This document shows, piece by piece, positions 47,296 to 60,629 of a stretch of 64,000 nt of DNA (the first letter of the stretch is position 1; each line of letters opens with the position of its first letter). This DNA is from Heptranchias perlo (Eukaryota). The translations under genes were made by a program, and so were the position numbers. Under the pieces are notes generated by a model. That model saw only the letters and a list, made by a program, of their open reading frames with translations, was not told the DNA's origin and searched no databases. The stretch spans positions 13,950,001 through 14,014,000 of the forward strand of contig NC_090366.1 of NCBI RefSeq assembly GCF_035084215.1, read 5' to 3'.

Positions 47296-47684
47296 GACAG
47301 AGAGAGCCTAGTCTTTTTTTTTTGCGCACAGCAAGATCCCATTACAAGCGACGAGACAAACAGTGAGAACATCTTGTGGGGTCAGTTGAGGGAGGAATGG
47401 GGGCCCGGGGGAGAGCGAGAGCGAGCAAGCGAGACTAGACAGAGCTCATCATCGCCCAGCTATTATTACATGACGGTACATACACTCCCCAGAACAGCTT
47501 TTCCTCCAGTCCGACAAGAACACAACGAGACTCGAGCAATAAATGAGATCAAGAGGTAAAATCCTGCCTGCCCCTGCCCTGGGGGGGGGCGCATATTATT
47601 CCCCACAAGCCCCATGGTGGGGGAGGGGGGCAGAGAGAGAGATCAGTGCTTGTCGAGGAGTATCAGCATTAGATACCCCAAGAC

Positions 47685-48072
47685 TCCTCGTGTTCAAATC
47701 CCTCCATGGCCCTCGACCTCCCCTCCCTATCTCTGTAACCCCCTCCAGCCCCTACAACCCTCCGAGATCTCTGCGCTCCTCCAATTCTGGTCTCTTGTCC
47801 ATCCCCCGATTCCCATCGCTCCACCATTGGCGGCCGTGCCTTCAGCTGCCTGGGCCCTAAGCTCTGGAATTCCCTCCCTAAACCTCTCCGCCTTTCTCTC
47901 TCCTCCTTTAAGACGCTCCTTAAAACCTACCTCTTTGACCAAGCTTTTGTTCGCCTGTCCTAATATCTCCTTAGGTGGCTCGGTCTCAAATCTTTGCTCG
48001 TTAATCGCTCCTGTGAAGAGCCTCGGGACGTTTCACTACATTAAAAAGGCACTGTATAATTGCAAGTTGTTG
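47685..48072 (+). mobile_element. L2 LINE 3' fragment
   Basis: LVFKSLHG...RSLRSSNSGLL, followed by an L2 tail. Confidence 0.8.
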
Positions 48073-48664
48073 ATATTGCCCAAGTCAACGGGGGTCAAAA
48101 GTTGCCAGCATGTGACGACGTCAGGCGATTGTAAAGTTGGATGACTCATTTTCTGCTGAATCATCGCCTCAGAGGAGCCTTTGAAATAAACACTAACAGC
48201 AAGACTTAAATAATAGCTCCTGCTGCTATGACAGGCATGGAATGACCAACGGAAAAAGCTTAGCTTTCTGTCACAACCTTTCCCATCGCTAATTCACTGA
48301 AACCCTGGCTCCCGCTTTCACCAGTAAAATTCTCATCCTCCTGTTCAAATCCCTCCATGGCCCTCGCCCCACTCCAGTTGATCAGCTGGCCATTTATCGC
48401 ATTGCTGTTTGTGGGATCTTGCTGTGCGCAAATTGGCTGCCGCGTTTCCTACATTACAACGGTGACCACACTTGCAAAAAAAAAAAGCACTTCGTTGGCT
48501 GTAAAGCGGGTCTGGTTTCCTTTCTAGGAAGAGGTCAGTGATCTCCACCGGAGCAAACCGCGTTCACCAGTCCCTGGGACGTACCCTCAACCAAAGGCTG
48601 ACTAAACCAGCTGCCCAAGGAATCAAGGTCAGGCCAGTTAGAACCAAACCCTCCTCCACCCTCC

Positions 48665-49310
48665 GTCAACATAAGAGATAGGAGCAGGAGTAGGCCATTT
48701 GGCCCTTCGAGCCTGCTCTGCCATCAAACAAGATAACGGCTGATCTGATTCTGGCCTCAACTCCACTTTTCCGCCCTCTCCCCGTGTTCTTTGACTCCCT
48801 CGCTGATCAAAAATTCGTCTAACTCGGCCTTGAATGTATTCAATGACTCGACCTCCACCGCTCTTTGAGGCAAAGAATTCCAAAGATTCTCAACCCTCAA
48901 AGAAGAAACTTCTCCTCATTTCCGTCTTAAACGGGCGACCCCTTATTCTGAGACTATGCCCCCTAGTTTTAGATTCCCCCATGAGGGGTAACATCCTCTC
49001 AGCATCTACCCTATCGAGTCCCCTCAGAATCTTGTATGTTTCAATAAGATCTCCTCTCATTCTCCTAAACTCTAATGAGTATAGACCCAACCTGTTCAAT
49101 CTTTCCTCATAAGGCAACCCTTCCATACCCGGAATCAACCTAGTGAACCTTCTCTGAACTGCCTCCAATGCAAGAATATCCTTCCTTAAATAAGGGGACC
49201 AAAATTGTACGCAGTACTCTAGATGTGACCTCACCCTGTACAGTTGTAGTGAGACTTCCCTGCTTTTATACTCCCATCCCCCCTTGAAATAAAGGCCAAT
49301 ATTCCATTTG
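48665..49310 (-). mobile_element. CR1 3' fragment
   Basis: [35 protein letters not shown]. Confidence 0.85.
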
Positions 49311-49317
49311 CCTTCTC

Positions 49318-49835
49318 AAGTAAACTCCAGCTCACCCAAAACTCTGCTGCCCCCGTATCCTAACTCGCACCAAGTCCCGTTCACCCATCACCCCCTGTGC
49401 TCGCTGACCGACATTGGCTCCCATGCCTCAGTTTTAAAATTCTCATCCTTGTGTTCAAATCCCTCCATGGCCCTCGCCCCCTCTCTCCCGATCTCTGTAA
49501 CCTCCCCCAGCCCTATAAACCCTCCGAGATCTCTACGCTCCTCCAATTCTGGCCTCTTGCTCATCCCCCCCGATTCCCATCGCTCCACCATTGGCGGCCG
49601 TGCCTTCAGCTGCCTGGGCCCTAAGCTCTGGAATTCCCTCCCTAAACCTCTCCGCCTCTCTCTCTCCTCCTTTAAGACGCTCCTTAAAACCTACCTCTTT
49701 GACCAAGCTTTTGGTCGCCTGTCCTAATATCTCCTTATGTGGCTCGGTGTCAAATTTTGTCTGATTTACGCTCCTGTGAAGCGCCTTGGGGACATTTTTC
49801 TACGTTAAAGGCGCTATATAAATGCAAGATGTTGT
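49318..49835 (+). mobile_element. L2 LINE 3' fragment
   Basis: IGGRAFSCLGPKLWNSLPKPLR...FKTLLKTYLFDQAF. Confidence 0.85.
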
Positions 49836-50349
49836 CTGACATTATACAGCCACGAAGAACGGCTGGTGGGTTTAAGAAGAAAACCAAGATTGAGTTGAGA
49901 GCGTTCTTTTGGGGCGAGAATATTGGGGGTTACGGAACCAAGGCGGGAAGATGGAGTTAAGATACAGATTAGCCGCGATCTAATTGGATGGCGGAACAGT
50001 GGGATTCGGCTGGGTAGCTCCTTCGCGACTCGCACGGACACAATGGGCCGAATGGCCTCCTCCTGCCCCGTGAATTTTTCCATGTTTCTATGACTCGGTA
50101 CCATAAATGCCCCTCTGCTCCCCATCGCCTCTCCCCCCCCTCTCCTTCTTTGCCTCCCGCCAGGTATTCAACTTTGAAATTCACTTGGTCCTGTCCACAA
50201 CACAACGCTGGTACTGTACCACAGCAGTCCGTCTAGACGGGCAGACTTTTTCACTCTGACTTCCCTTACGTTGCCAAGATACACCCTGAAACCTCCTGGC
50301 GATTGGTCTCAGCATTCCTGAACTAGGGAAGCCGTGACAAGAACAAACA

Positions 50350-50945
50350 ATTCCCATTTATAAAGCGCCATTAACTTAGTGAAATATCCAACATCACAGG
50401 AGCGATCAAGTGAAATTTCAGACCGAGCCACTTAAGGAGATATTAGGACAGGTGAGCAAAAGCTTGGTCAAAGAGGGAGGTTTTAAGGAGCGTCTTAAAG
50501 GAGGAGAGAGAGAGGGCGGAGAGGTTTAGGGAGGGAATTCCAGAGCTCAGGGCCCAGGCAGCTGAAGGCACGGCCGCCAATGGTGGAGCGATGGAAATCG
50601 GGATGGGCGAGAGGCAGAATTGGAGGAGCGCAGAGATCTCGGAGGGTTGTAGGAGGTTACAGAGATGGGGAGGAGCGAGGCGATGGAGGGATTGAAGACA
50701 AGGATGAGGATTTAAAATCGAGGCGTTCCCGGACCGGGAGCCAGGGTAGGTCAGCGAGCACAGGGAGTGATGGGTGAACGGGACTTCGGTGCGAGTTCGG
50801 ATACGGGGGGGGCAGCAGAGTTTTGGATGAGCCGATGGCCGCGGGGGTGGGGGGTGGAAGGAGGAGGGGGTTTTGGAATAAATCGATGTCTGGAGGTAAC
50901 AAAGGCATGGACGAGAGTTTCAGCAGCAGATGGGCTGAGGCTGCG
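50350..50945 (-). mobile_element. L2 LINE 3' fragment
   Basis: Reverse complement of the same L2 3' region. Confidence 0.8.
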
Positions 50946-51419
50946 ACGTTTTAATCACTCAGTGCCCAGTGAAAGGCTGACAGGAGCCTCCACGTTTACC
51001 CACAGAAAAATAAAACTGTACTCCTGCACAAGGAGTTTTGATTAAAAAGGGCGACGCCATGTTCTTCCAACCTAGCTCAGCCACAGAAAAACCAACAGAA
51101 ACCGAGTAACAACTTTAAAACAAACACGGTCCAAAGGTCAGCACCCTCGACACAGGCCGTACGGCAGAGAAAAGAGTTTGCGTTAATATAAATCACCCTT
51201 CACCACCTCAGGACGTCCCAAAGCGCTACACTTTATTGAATCACTGTTGTAATGTAGGAAACGCGGCAGCCAATTTGCGCACAGCAAGATCCCACAAACA
51301 AGCAATGTGATAAATGACCAGATCATCTGTTTTTTTTTTAAAACTGATGTTGGTTAAGGGATAAATTTTGGCCACAGGAGGAGAGCGGGGGGGCGGGGGG
51401 CGGGAGGGGACGGGGGCGA

Positions 51420-54400
51420 GGAGGAGGGAACGGGGGGGTGGGGGGGGAGGGGGAGGGGACGGGGGGGGAGGGAGGAGGAAGGGGGGGGAAGAAGGGAGGA
51501 GAAGGGAAGGAGAAGGGAGGAGAAGGGGGGGGGGGAAGAAGAGAGGAGGAAGGGGGGGGAAGAAGTGGGGGGGGAAGAAGGGAGGAGGAGGGGAGGAGAA
51601 GAAGGGAGGAGAAGGGGAGGAGAAGAAGGGAGGAGAAGGGGAGGAGAAGAAGGGAGGAGAAGGGGGGGGGGAAGAAGGGAGGAGGAAGGGGGGGGGGAAG
51701 AAGGGAGGAGGAGGGGGGGGGGGAAGAAGGGAGGAGGAGGGGGGGGAAGAAGGGAGGAGGAGGGGGGGGGAAGAAGGGAGGAGGAGCGGGGGGAAGAAGG
51801 GAGGAGGAGGGGGGGGAAGAAGGGAGGAGGAGGGGGGGAAGAAGGGAGGAGGAGGGGGGGGGAAGAAGGGAGGAGGAGGGGGGGAAGAAGGGAGGAGGAG
51901 GGGGGGGAAGAAGGGAGGAGGAGGGGGGGAAGAAGGGAGGAGGAGGGGGGGGAAGAAGGGAGGAGGAGGGGGGGGAAGAAGGGAGGAGGAGGGGGGGGAA
52001 GAAGGGAGGAGGAGGGGGGGAAGAAGGGAGGAGGAGGGGGGGGAAGAAGGGAGGAGGAGGGGGGGAAGAAGGGAGGAGGAGGGGGGGAAGAAGGGGAGGA
52101 GGAGGGGGGGGAAGAAGGGAGGAGGAGGGGGGGGAAGAAGGGAGGAGGAGGGGGGGGGAAGAAGGGAGGAGGAGGGGGGGGAAGAAGGGAGGAGGAGGGG
52201 GGGGAAGAAGGGAGGAGGAGGGGGGGGGAAGAAGGAAGGAGGAGGGGGGGGGAAGAAGGGAGGAGGAGGGGGGGGAAGAAGGGAGGAGGAGGGGGGGGAA
52301 GAAGGGAGGAGGAGGGGGGGGAAGAAGGGAGGAGGAGGGGGGGGAAGAAGGGAGGAGGAGGGGGGGGAAGAAGGGAGGAGGAGGGGGGGGAAGAAGGGAG
52401 GAGGAGGGGGGGGAAGAAGGGAGGAGGAGGGGGGGGAAGAAGGGAGGAGGAAGGGGGGAAGAAGGGAGGAGGACGGGGGGGGAAGAAGGGAGGAGGAGGG
52501 GGGGAAGAAGGAGGTGGAGGGGGGGGAAGAAGGGAGGAGGAGGGGGGGGAAGAAGGGAGGAGGAGGGGGGGGAAGAAGGGAGGAGGAGGGGGGGGAAGAA
52601 GGGAGGAGGAGGGGGGGGGGAAGAAGGGAGGAGGAGGGGGGGGGAAGAAGGGAGGAGGAGGGGGGGGGAAGAAGGGAGGAGGAGGGGGGGGGAAGAAGGG
52701 AGGAGGAGGGGGGGGAAGAAGGGAGGAGGAGGGGGGGGGGGAAGAAGGGAGGAGGAGGGGGGGAAGAAGGGAGGAGGAGGGGGGGAAGAAGGGAGGAGGA
52801 GGGGGGGAAGAAGGGAGGAGGAGGGGGGAAGAAGGGAGGAGGAGGGGGGGGGAAGAAGGGAGGAGGAGGGGGGGAAGAAGGGAGGAGGACGGGGGGGGGG
52901 GGAAGAAGGGAGGAGGAGGGGGGGAAGAAGGGAGGAGGACGGGGGGAAGAAGGGAGGAGGACGGGGGGGGAAGAAGGGAGGAGGAGGGGGGGAAGAAGGG
53001 AGGAGGAGGGGGGGGAAGAAGGGAGGAGGAGGGGGGGAAGAAGGGAGGAGGAGGGGGGGAAGAAGGAGGAGGAGGGGGGGGGGAAGAAGGGAGGAGGAGG
53101 GGGGGGGAAGAAGGAGGAGGAGGGGGGGGGAAGAAGGAGGAGGAGGGGGGGGGAAGAAGGAGGAGGAGGGGGGGGGAAGAAGGGAGGAGAAGGGAGGAGA
53201 AGGGGGGGGGAAGAAGGGAGGAGGAAGGGGGGGGGGGGAAGAAGGGAGGAGGAGGGGGGGAAGAAGGGAGGAGGAGGGGGGGGAAGAAGGGAGGAGGAGG
53301 GGGGGGAAGAAGGGAGGAGGAGGGGGGGGGAAGAAGGGAGGAGGAGGGGGGGAAGAAGGGAGGAGGAGGGGGGGGAAGAAGGGAGGAGGAGGGGGGGAAG
53401 AAGGGAGGAGGAGGGGGGGGAAGAAGGGAGGAGGAGGGGGGGAAGAAGGGAGGAGGAGGGGGGGGAAGAAGGGAGGAGGAGGGGGGGGAAGAAGGGAGGA
53501 GGAGGGGGGGGAAGAAGGGAGGAGGAGGGGGGGGAAGAAGGGAGGAGGAGGGGGGGGAAGAAGGGAGGAGGAGGGGGGGGAAGAAGGGAGGAGGAGGGGG
53601 GGAAGAAGGGAGGAGGAGGGGGGGATGAAGGGAGGAGGAGGGGGGGGAAGAGGGAGGAGGAGGGGGGGGGGAAGAAGGGAGGAGGAGGGGGGGAAGAAGG
53701 GAGGAGGAAGGGGGGAAGAAGGGAGGAGGACGGGGGGGGAAGAAGGGAGGAGGAGGGGGGAAGAAGGGAGGTGGAGGGGGGGGAAGAAGGGAGGAGGAGG
53801 GGGGGAAGAAGGGAGGAGGAGGGGGGGAAGAAGGGAGGAGGAGGGGGGGAAGAAGGGAGGAGGAGGGGGGGGGGAAGAAGGGAGGAGGAGGGGGGGGGAA
53901 GGAGGAGGAGGAGGGGGGGGGAAGAAGGGAGGAGGAGGGGGGGGGAAGAAGGGAGGAGGAGGGGGGGGAAGAAGGGAGGAGGGGGGGGGGGAGAAGGGAG
54001 GAGGAGGGGGGGGGGAAGAAGGGAGGAGGAGGGGGGGAAGAAGGGAGGAGGAGGGGGGGAAGAAGGGAGGAGGACGGGGGGGGGGGAAGAAGGGAGGAGG
54101 AGGGGGGGAAGAAGGGAGGAGGACGGGGGGAAGAAGGAGGAGGACGGGGGGGGAAGAAGGGAGGAGGGGGGGGGAAGAAGGGAGGAGGAGGGGGGGGGAA
54201 GAAGGAGGAGGAGGGGGGGGGAAGAAGGGAGGAGGAGGGGGGGGGAAGAAGGAGGAGGAGGGGGGGGGAAGAAGGGAGGAGGAGGGGGGGGAAGAAGGGT
54301 GGAGGAGGGGGGGGAGAAGGGAGGAGGAGGGGGGGGGAAGAAGGGAGGAGGAGGGGGGAAGAAGGGAGGAGGAGGGGGGGATGAAGGAGGAGGAGGGGGG

Positions 54401-55710
54401 GGGAAGAAGGGAGGAGGAGGGGGGGGAAGAAGGGAGGAGGACGGGGGGGGGGGAAGAAGGGAGGAGGAGGGGGGAAGAAGGGAGGAGGAGGGGGGGAAGA
54501 AGGGAGGAGGAGGGGGGGAAGAAGGGAGGAGGAGGGGGGATGAAGGGAGGAGGGGGGGGGGAAGAAGGGAGGAGGAGGGGGGGGAAGAAGGGAGGAGGAC
54601 GGGGGGGGGGGAAGAAGGGAGGAGGAGGGGGGGAAGAAGGGAGGAGGAGGGGGGGAAGAAGGGAGGAGGAGGGGGGGAAGAAGGAGGAGAAGGGGAGGAG
54701 AAGAAGGGAGGAGAAGGGGGGAAGAAGGGAGGAGGAAGGGGGGGAAGAAGGGAGGAGGAGGGGGGGGAAGAAGGGAGGAGGAGGGGGGAAGAAGGGAGGA
54801 GGAGGGGGGGAAGAAGGGAGGAGGAGGGGGGGGAAGAAGGGAGGAGGAGGGGGGGAAGAAGGGAGGAGGAGGGGGGGGAAGAAGGGAGGAGGAGGGGGGG
54901 GAAGAAGGGAGGAGGAGGGGGGGAAGAAGGGAGGAGGAGGGGGGGGAAGAAGGGAGGAGGAGGGGGGGGAAGAAGGGAGGAGGAGGGGGGGGAAGAAGGG
55001 AGGAGGAGGGGGGGGAAGAAGGGAGGAGGAGGGGGGGAAGAAGGGAGGAGGAGGGGGGGAAGAGGTAGGAGGAGGGGGGGGAAGAAGGGAGGAGGAGGGG
55101 GGGAAGAAGGAGGAGGAGGGGGGAGAAGAAGGGAGAGGAGGGGGGGGAAGAAGGGAGGAGGAGGGGGGGGAAGAAGGGAGGTGGAGGGGGGGGAAGTTGG
55201 GAGGAGGAGGGGGGGAAGTGGGAGGAGGTGGGGGGGAAGAAGGGAGAGGTGGGGGGGGAGAAGGGAGGAGGAGGGGGGGGAAGAGGGAGGAGGAGGGGGG
55301 GGAAGAAGGAGGAGGAGGGGGGGAAGAAGGGAGGAGGAGGGGGGGGAAGAAGGAGGAGGAGGTGGGGGGAGAAGGGAGGTGGAGAGGGGGAAGAAGGGAG
55401 GAGGAGGGGGGGAAGAAGGGAGGAGGAGGGGGGGAGAAGGGAGGAGGAGGGGGGGGAAGAAGGGAGGAGGAGGGGGGGGAAGAAGGGAGGAGGAGGGGGG
55501 GGAAGTAGGGAGGAGGAGGGGGGGGGAAGAAGGGAGGAGGAGGGTGGGGAAGAAGGGAGGAGGAGGGGGGGGAGAAGGGAGGAGGAGGGGGGGGAAGAAG
55601 GGAGGAGGAGGGGGGGGAAGAAGGGAGGAGGAGGGGGGGAAGAAGGGAGGAGGAGGGGGGGAAGAAGGGAGGAGGAGGGGGGGGGAAGAAGGAGGAGGGA
55701 GGGAGAGAGG
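51420..55710. repeat. ~4.3-kb almost pure polypurine satellite (GnAAGAAGGGAGGAGGA)n
   Basis: Unit of ~21-23 bp with very few pyrimidines on the + strand. Confidence 0.95.
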
Positions 55711-56569
55711 AGTACACAGCAAACAGTCGGAAGCAACTATTTTTTGCTCTCTCCAGTTTGGTCTTTATTTTTTCGTTTGGCCGGTCAGGACAAACTCCTC
55801 CCCCTCCTTCCCTCCCCCCCCTCCCCCCCTCCCCCCCCTCCCTCCCTCCCCCCTCCCCCCCTCCCCTCCTCCCTCCCTCACTCCCTCACTCCCTCCCTCC
55901 TCTCATTCTCGAATTTAACAATTCACATGGAACCTAGTGAGAGGGTGGAAATTTAATCCCAAGGTTGAAGTGAGACGATTCCCCCCTCCATCACCATCGC
56001 CCGTTTTTGCCAACTTCACAAGAGTTGGGACGGAGCCACGCCCCCCCGGCACCCGTGGGGATATTCGACCGAGGGGGGCGGGTGGGAGACCTGTGGTCCC
56101 ACACAGATGCACAGTCCATTCGGGAGAGCTGGCTAGCGATCGGGAGGGGCACCGTTCCAAACCCAGGGGGTGGGGGGTGACGAGGGGCTGAATTTAGCCA
56201 TCCTCCACCTCCTCCACCTCCACCCCAGCTGAGATGAGGGGCCTCGGATCAGCGTTCGAACTGTTTGCGGGGGGGGGGGGTCCGCAAAGTCAGAGAGTTC
56301 AAGAGTTTCAGCCTCGGAATTATCCACAGCCAGGACCTCGCTGCGTCTGGATTTAATTACAGGGCTGCGGGGGGATTAACGGGGAGACAGGTCACATGCG
56401 GGAAAGCTTGTGATCATCGGCAGATAGATTTCCAAAATTGGAGTCTGCGGGGGAAAAAAACATTTCTCATTCGATCGCGTGAAGCAGCCAGTGAAGCATT
56501 CTTTCTAAATCTTTTGTTGTTCAGTTTAGTTTCCTGCCTGGATTCCGTTTGGCATTCGCATCACTCTCT

Positions 56570-57045
56570 AAACTCGCGCCAAGTCCCGTTCACCCATCAC
56601 CCCCCCTGTGCTCGCTGACCTACATCGGCCCCCGGTCCGGGAACGCCTCGATTTTAAAATCCTCATCCTCGTGTTCAAATCCCTCCATGGCCTCCTCGCC
56701 CCCCCCTCCCTATCTCTGTAACCTCCTCCGACCCTCCGCGATCTCTGCGCTCCTCCAACTCTGGCCTCTCGCCCATCCCCCGATTTCCATCGCTCCACCA
56801 TTGGCGGCCGTGCCTTCAGCTGCCTGGGCCCTGAGCTCTGGAATTCCCTCCCTAAACCTCTCCGCCTCTCTCTCTCCTCCTTTAAGACGCTCCTTAAAAC
56901 CTACCTCTTTGACCAAGCTTTTGGTCACCTGTCCTAATATCTCCTTATGCGGCTCAGTGTCAAATTTTGTCTGATAATCATTCCTGTGAAACGCCTTGGG
57001 ACGTTTTACTATGTTAAAGGCGCTATATAAATGCAAGTTATTGTT
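56570..57045 (+). mobile_element. L2 LINE 3' fragment
   Basis: Matches the other L2 copies, with tail AAAGGCGCTATATAAATGCAAG. Confidence 0.82.
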
Positions 57046-57724
57046 CACTTTTTCCTTTTGTCAACTTTCCCCATTATATCTTCCAATGTCCACATTTATA
57101 ACAGGAACTCCCTATGTAAACAGTCACGCTGTGATTACACCCTCCGGCCAGTGGTGGCACTCTCGGGCCTCGCATTCACGTCTCCTCGTCTCCAACCAAC
57201 TCCAGTTCGCCGCCTTCTAACCTCAGTCACCACACGTGATCCGGACCGCAATGGGGCAAAGCCCGCAGGCTGGCGCACGCAGGCAGGCGGTCGGGCACAC
57301 ACACAGGCTCACTCATAGGCATCACCCTCCCCCCCGACTGACTCACTCGGACTCCAAGGGTAACAGCAGAGACTGCCCACTTCACACTTGCCGATTTGAA
57401 GCGGCCATTTGCGAAGACTCGTCCCCGCGACCTCACTCCCCGACCGCTCCTCACTGCTGTCGGCCGCTCCCCGACCTCAGACGCTGCTCTGACCAACGCC
57501 TCCCCTCCGTTGAATGCTTTACCACGGACTTTATTACAGTTGCCAATATCTCCAGCTGCTTCAAATCATCCACATCTGCCACGTATCTTGCATTTTATTG
57601 GGAGTTTTTAAACAAGTTGGAAACCTGACAGACAAAGATTATTTCTGACCCTATATTTACACATAAATCCAGTCCAACCAGGTCAGTCCAGTGTTATAGA
57701 CGCAAACCATCGCTGACTGGGGAG

Positions 57725-58340
57725 CACTCACGCCTCTGAGTCAGAAGGTCGTGGGTTCGAGCCCCCACTCCAGAGACTTGAGCCCCGTAATCCCAGCCCG
57801 ACACTCCCAGTGCCAGTACCGAGGGAGCGCCGCACTGTCGGAGGGTCAGTACTGAGGGAGCGCCGCACTGTCGGAGGGTCAGTACTGAGGGAGCGCTGCA
57901 CTGTCGGAGGGTCAGTACCGAGGGAGCGCTGCACTGTCGGAGGGTCAGTACTGAGGGAGCGCCGCACTGTCGGAGGGTCAGTACTGAGGGAGCGCTGCAC
58001 TGTCGGAGGTACCGTCTTTCGGATGAGACGTTAAACAGAGGCCCCGTCTGCCCCTCTCAGGTGGGACGTAAAAGATCACACGGCCGTTATTTTGGAGAAG
58101 AGCAGGGGGAGTTCTCCCCGGTGGTCCTGGGACCAATATTTATCCCTCAACCAACATCACTAAAACAGATGATCTGGTCATTTATCACATTGCTGTTTGT
58201 GGGATCTTGCTGTGCGCAAATTGGCTGCCACGTTCCCTACATTACAACAGTGAGCACACTTCTAAAGTAATTAATTGGCTGTAAAACGCTTTGGGACGTC
58301 CTGAGGTCACGAAAGACGCGATAGAAATGCAAGTCTTTCT
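57725..58340 (+). mobile_element. Deu-domain SINE with ~6-copy 33-bp array
   Basis: B-box-like GGTTCGAGCCC, array at 57816-58009, and complete body and tail. Confidence 0.82.
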
Positions 58341-59634
58341 ATTAGTGCTACAGAAGCCCCTCTTGTGTGCGTTCCAGTTACAGGCTCTTGTCTAACAACC
58401 CCCCCACCACCACCCCCTCTCCGCCCTCCCGACCCACTGCGGGAGGGCAGTCCTGAGAGGGGCAAGGCCGGAGGTTCTGAAGTTTCCTTTCTCTGTGGAA
58501 CAGAAATTGAGAAGTGAAAGGTCGAGGATCGCCAAGGTTTAACCGGCCTTGGGTTTCGGGAGGCCTGGCCGCAGCCAGGGGGAAGCGAAACATGTACCAA
58601 ATTCAAAGGTGGCCAATTGGCAGGCTCCTGACACACCCAGGAGGGAGGGAGGGAGCGGGAGATGGAGAGCAAGCGAGAATATAAAAACGAAAAAAAAAAA
58701 GTGAAGAGATGAAAAGATGGAAAGTGGACACTCTGAGCAGGCAGTGGGAGGGCAGCCAGGGCTCTGGGAGGGAGTTACAGACCTGCCCCCGTCAGGTACA
58801 GAACACGGGGCAGCTGACCAGAGCCATACAAAGAATGGGAGTGGAGGGAGGGAGGGAGGGATGAGGTGAGGACATGTTGGGACTTGTCCTGGGCAGTTCC
58901 TATAAATCGCCACCTCTCGCCAACTGAATTGTTAGGACTGATTTGCATGTCTTTCTTTTTTAAAATCAATCATTCTTCAAACAATGGGAAAAGCAGGTTT
59001 TATTCCATCGCTAAGTCTGGTGGATCCAGTCTCTAGGTACTGGACTTGCCCACATCCACGCCAGCAGCGATGTGGGGGGAAAAAAAAAAGGGTGAATTCT
59101 CCAGCGCTCTCCCAATGACTTCCTCACCCAACCAATCCTTCACAAACCAACTCCCCAATCCTCAAACCCACCCCCAGCAAACCAACTCCAACACCCTCGC
59201 CCTCGAGTCCCGCCAAGGCCGACACCCTATTCCCATCTGGGAGCCCGTCTCCCGCCCTTCCTCTGCTCCAATACCAGAGGCCGACCTACCTTTCAGGCCC
59301 CTCCTCGCCCTCCGAATCCCTTCTAAAACGACACTTTTTAATTTTGACTACGCTTCAAAAGTACTTTATTGGCTGTAAAGCGCTTTGGGAGGCCCCCCCC
59401 ATGCCCACCTTGACCCTTTGCTCAATTTGACCCCGTGACCCACTTTGACCCCACGTCACCCTTTGACCTGCGTCACCCTGCCTTTGACCCTTTGCCCATT
59501 CTCTTTGCGGGACGCAAACCGTGGGAGAACCTTCACCGCACGGACTGCAGCGGTTCAAGAAGGCGGCTCACCACCACCTTCTCAAGGGGCAATAAATGCC
59601 GGCCTGGCCAGCGACGCCCACATCCTGAGACACC

Positions 59635-60200
59635 TGGAACTGTATAAAACACTAGTTAGGCCACAGCTTGAGTACTGCGTACAGTTCTGGTCACCACATT
59701 ACAGGAAGGATGTGATTGCACTAGAGAGGGTGCAGAGGAGATTTACGAGGATGTTGCCAGGACTGGAGAATTTTAGCTATGAGGAAAGATTGGATAGGCC
59801 TGGGGTTGTTTGGAACAGAGGAGGCTGAGGGGAGATTTAATTGAGGTGTATAAAATTATGAGGGGCCGAGATAGAGTGGATAGGGAGGACCTATTTCCCT
59901 TAGCAGAGGGGTCAATAACCAGGGGGCATAGATTTAAAATAATTGGTAGAAGGATTAGAGGGGAGTTGAGGAGAATTTTTTTCACCCAGAGGGTGATGGG
60001 GGTCTGGAACTCACTGCCTGAGAGGGTGGGAGAGGCAGAAACCCTCAACTCAGTTAAAAAGTACCTGGATGTGCCCCTGAAGTGCCATAACCTACAGGGC
60101 TACGGACCAAGTGGGATTACACTGGGTGGCTCATTTTCAGCCAGCACGGACAGGATGGGCCAAATGGCCTTCTCTCGTGCTGTAAATTTTCTATGATTCA
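59635..60200 (+). mobile_element. CR1 3' fragment
   Basis: [25 protein letters not shown]...FFTQRVMGVWNSLP. Confidence 0.88.
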
Positions 60201-60629
60201 ATGAGAACGAAAATGAAATACAATCTACAACTTTTCCATTTCCTGCTCGCCCATCTCTCTGCTTCATCTTCTCCGCCCTCTCTCTCAAGACTGCACCTGA
60301 AGCACAGAACCCCACAGGGAGCAACCCCGCAGGGAGCTCAGCAACTGAAAACTGCTCCCAGTGGAGTTTCACTGCTCTTTTTGCCCCCCCGCCCCCCATA
60401 AATCAGGAGTTTCCGTATCGCGATCTGTTGCCAATCCCACATTCACATGACGTGCCAGGTTCTTAATGCCATGCATTGTGTCCGTCAGGCGTGCCATCTG
60501 ATGCAGCGACACACTGAACGAGCGCCAGTATCAGAGTGACTGGCATACAGATGTTATGCAAATCCAGCAGCAGCTGGCTGCCAGCCCCACAGCACATTCA
60601 CCGCCCAGTGCCACTTCATAAACAGCAAA

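Noticed and set aside
51241-55956. 1300-1500-aa Pro/Ser/Leu- or Gly/Arg/Glu-rich ORFs (extensin- or collagen-like)
   Set aside because: A polypurine tract cannot contain stops in any frame, so all six frames are open. The same applies at 32139-34465 (apart from the true exons at its ends) and 37545-39156.
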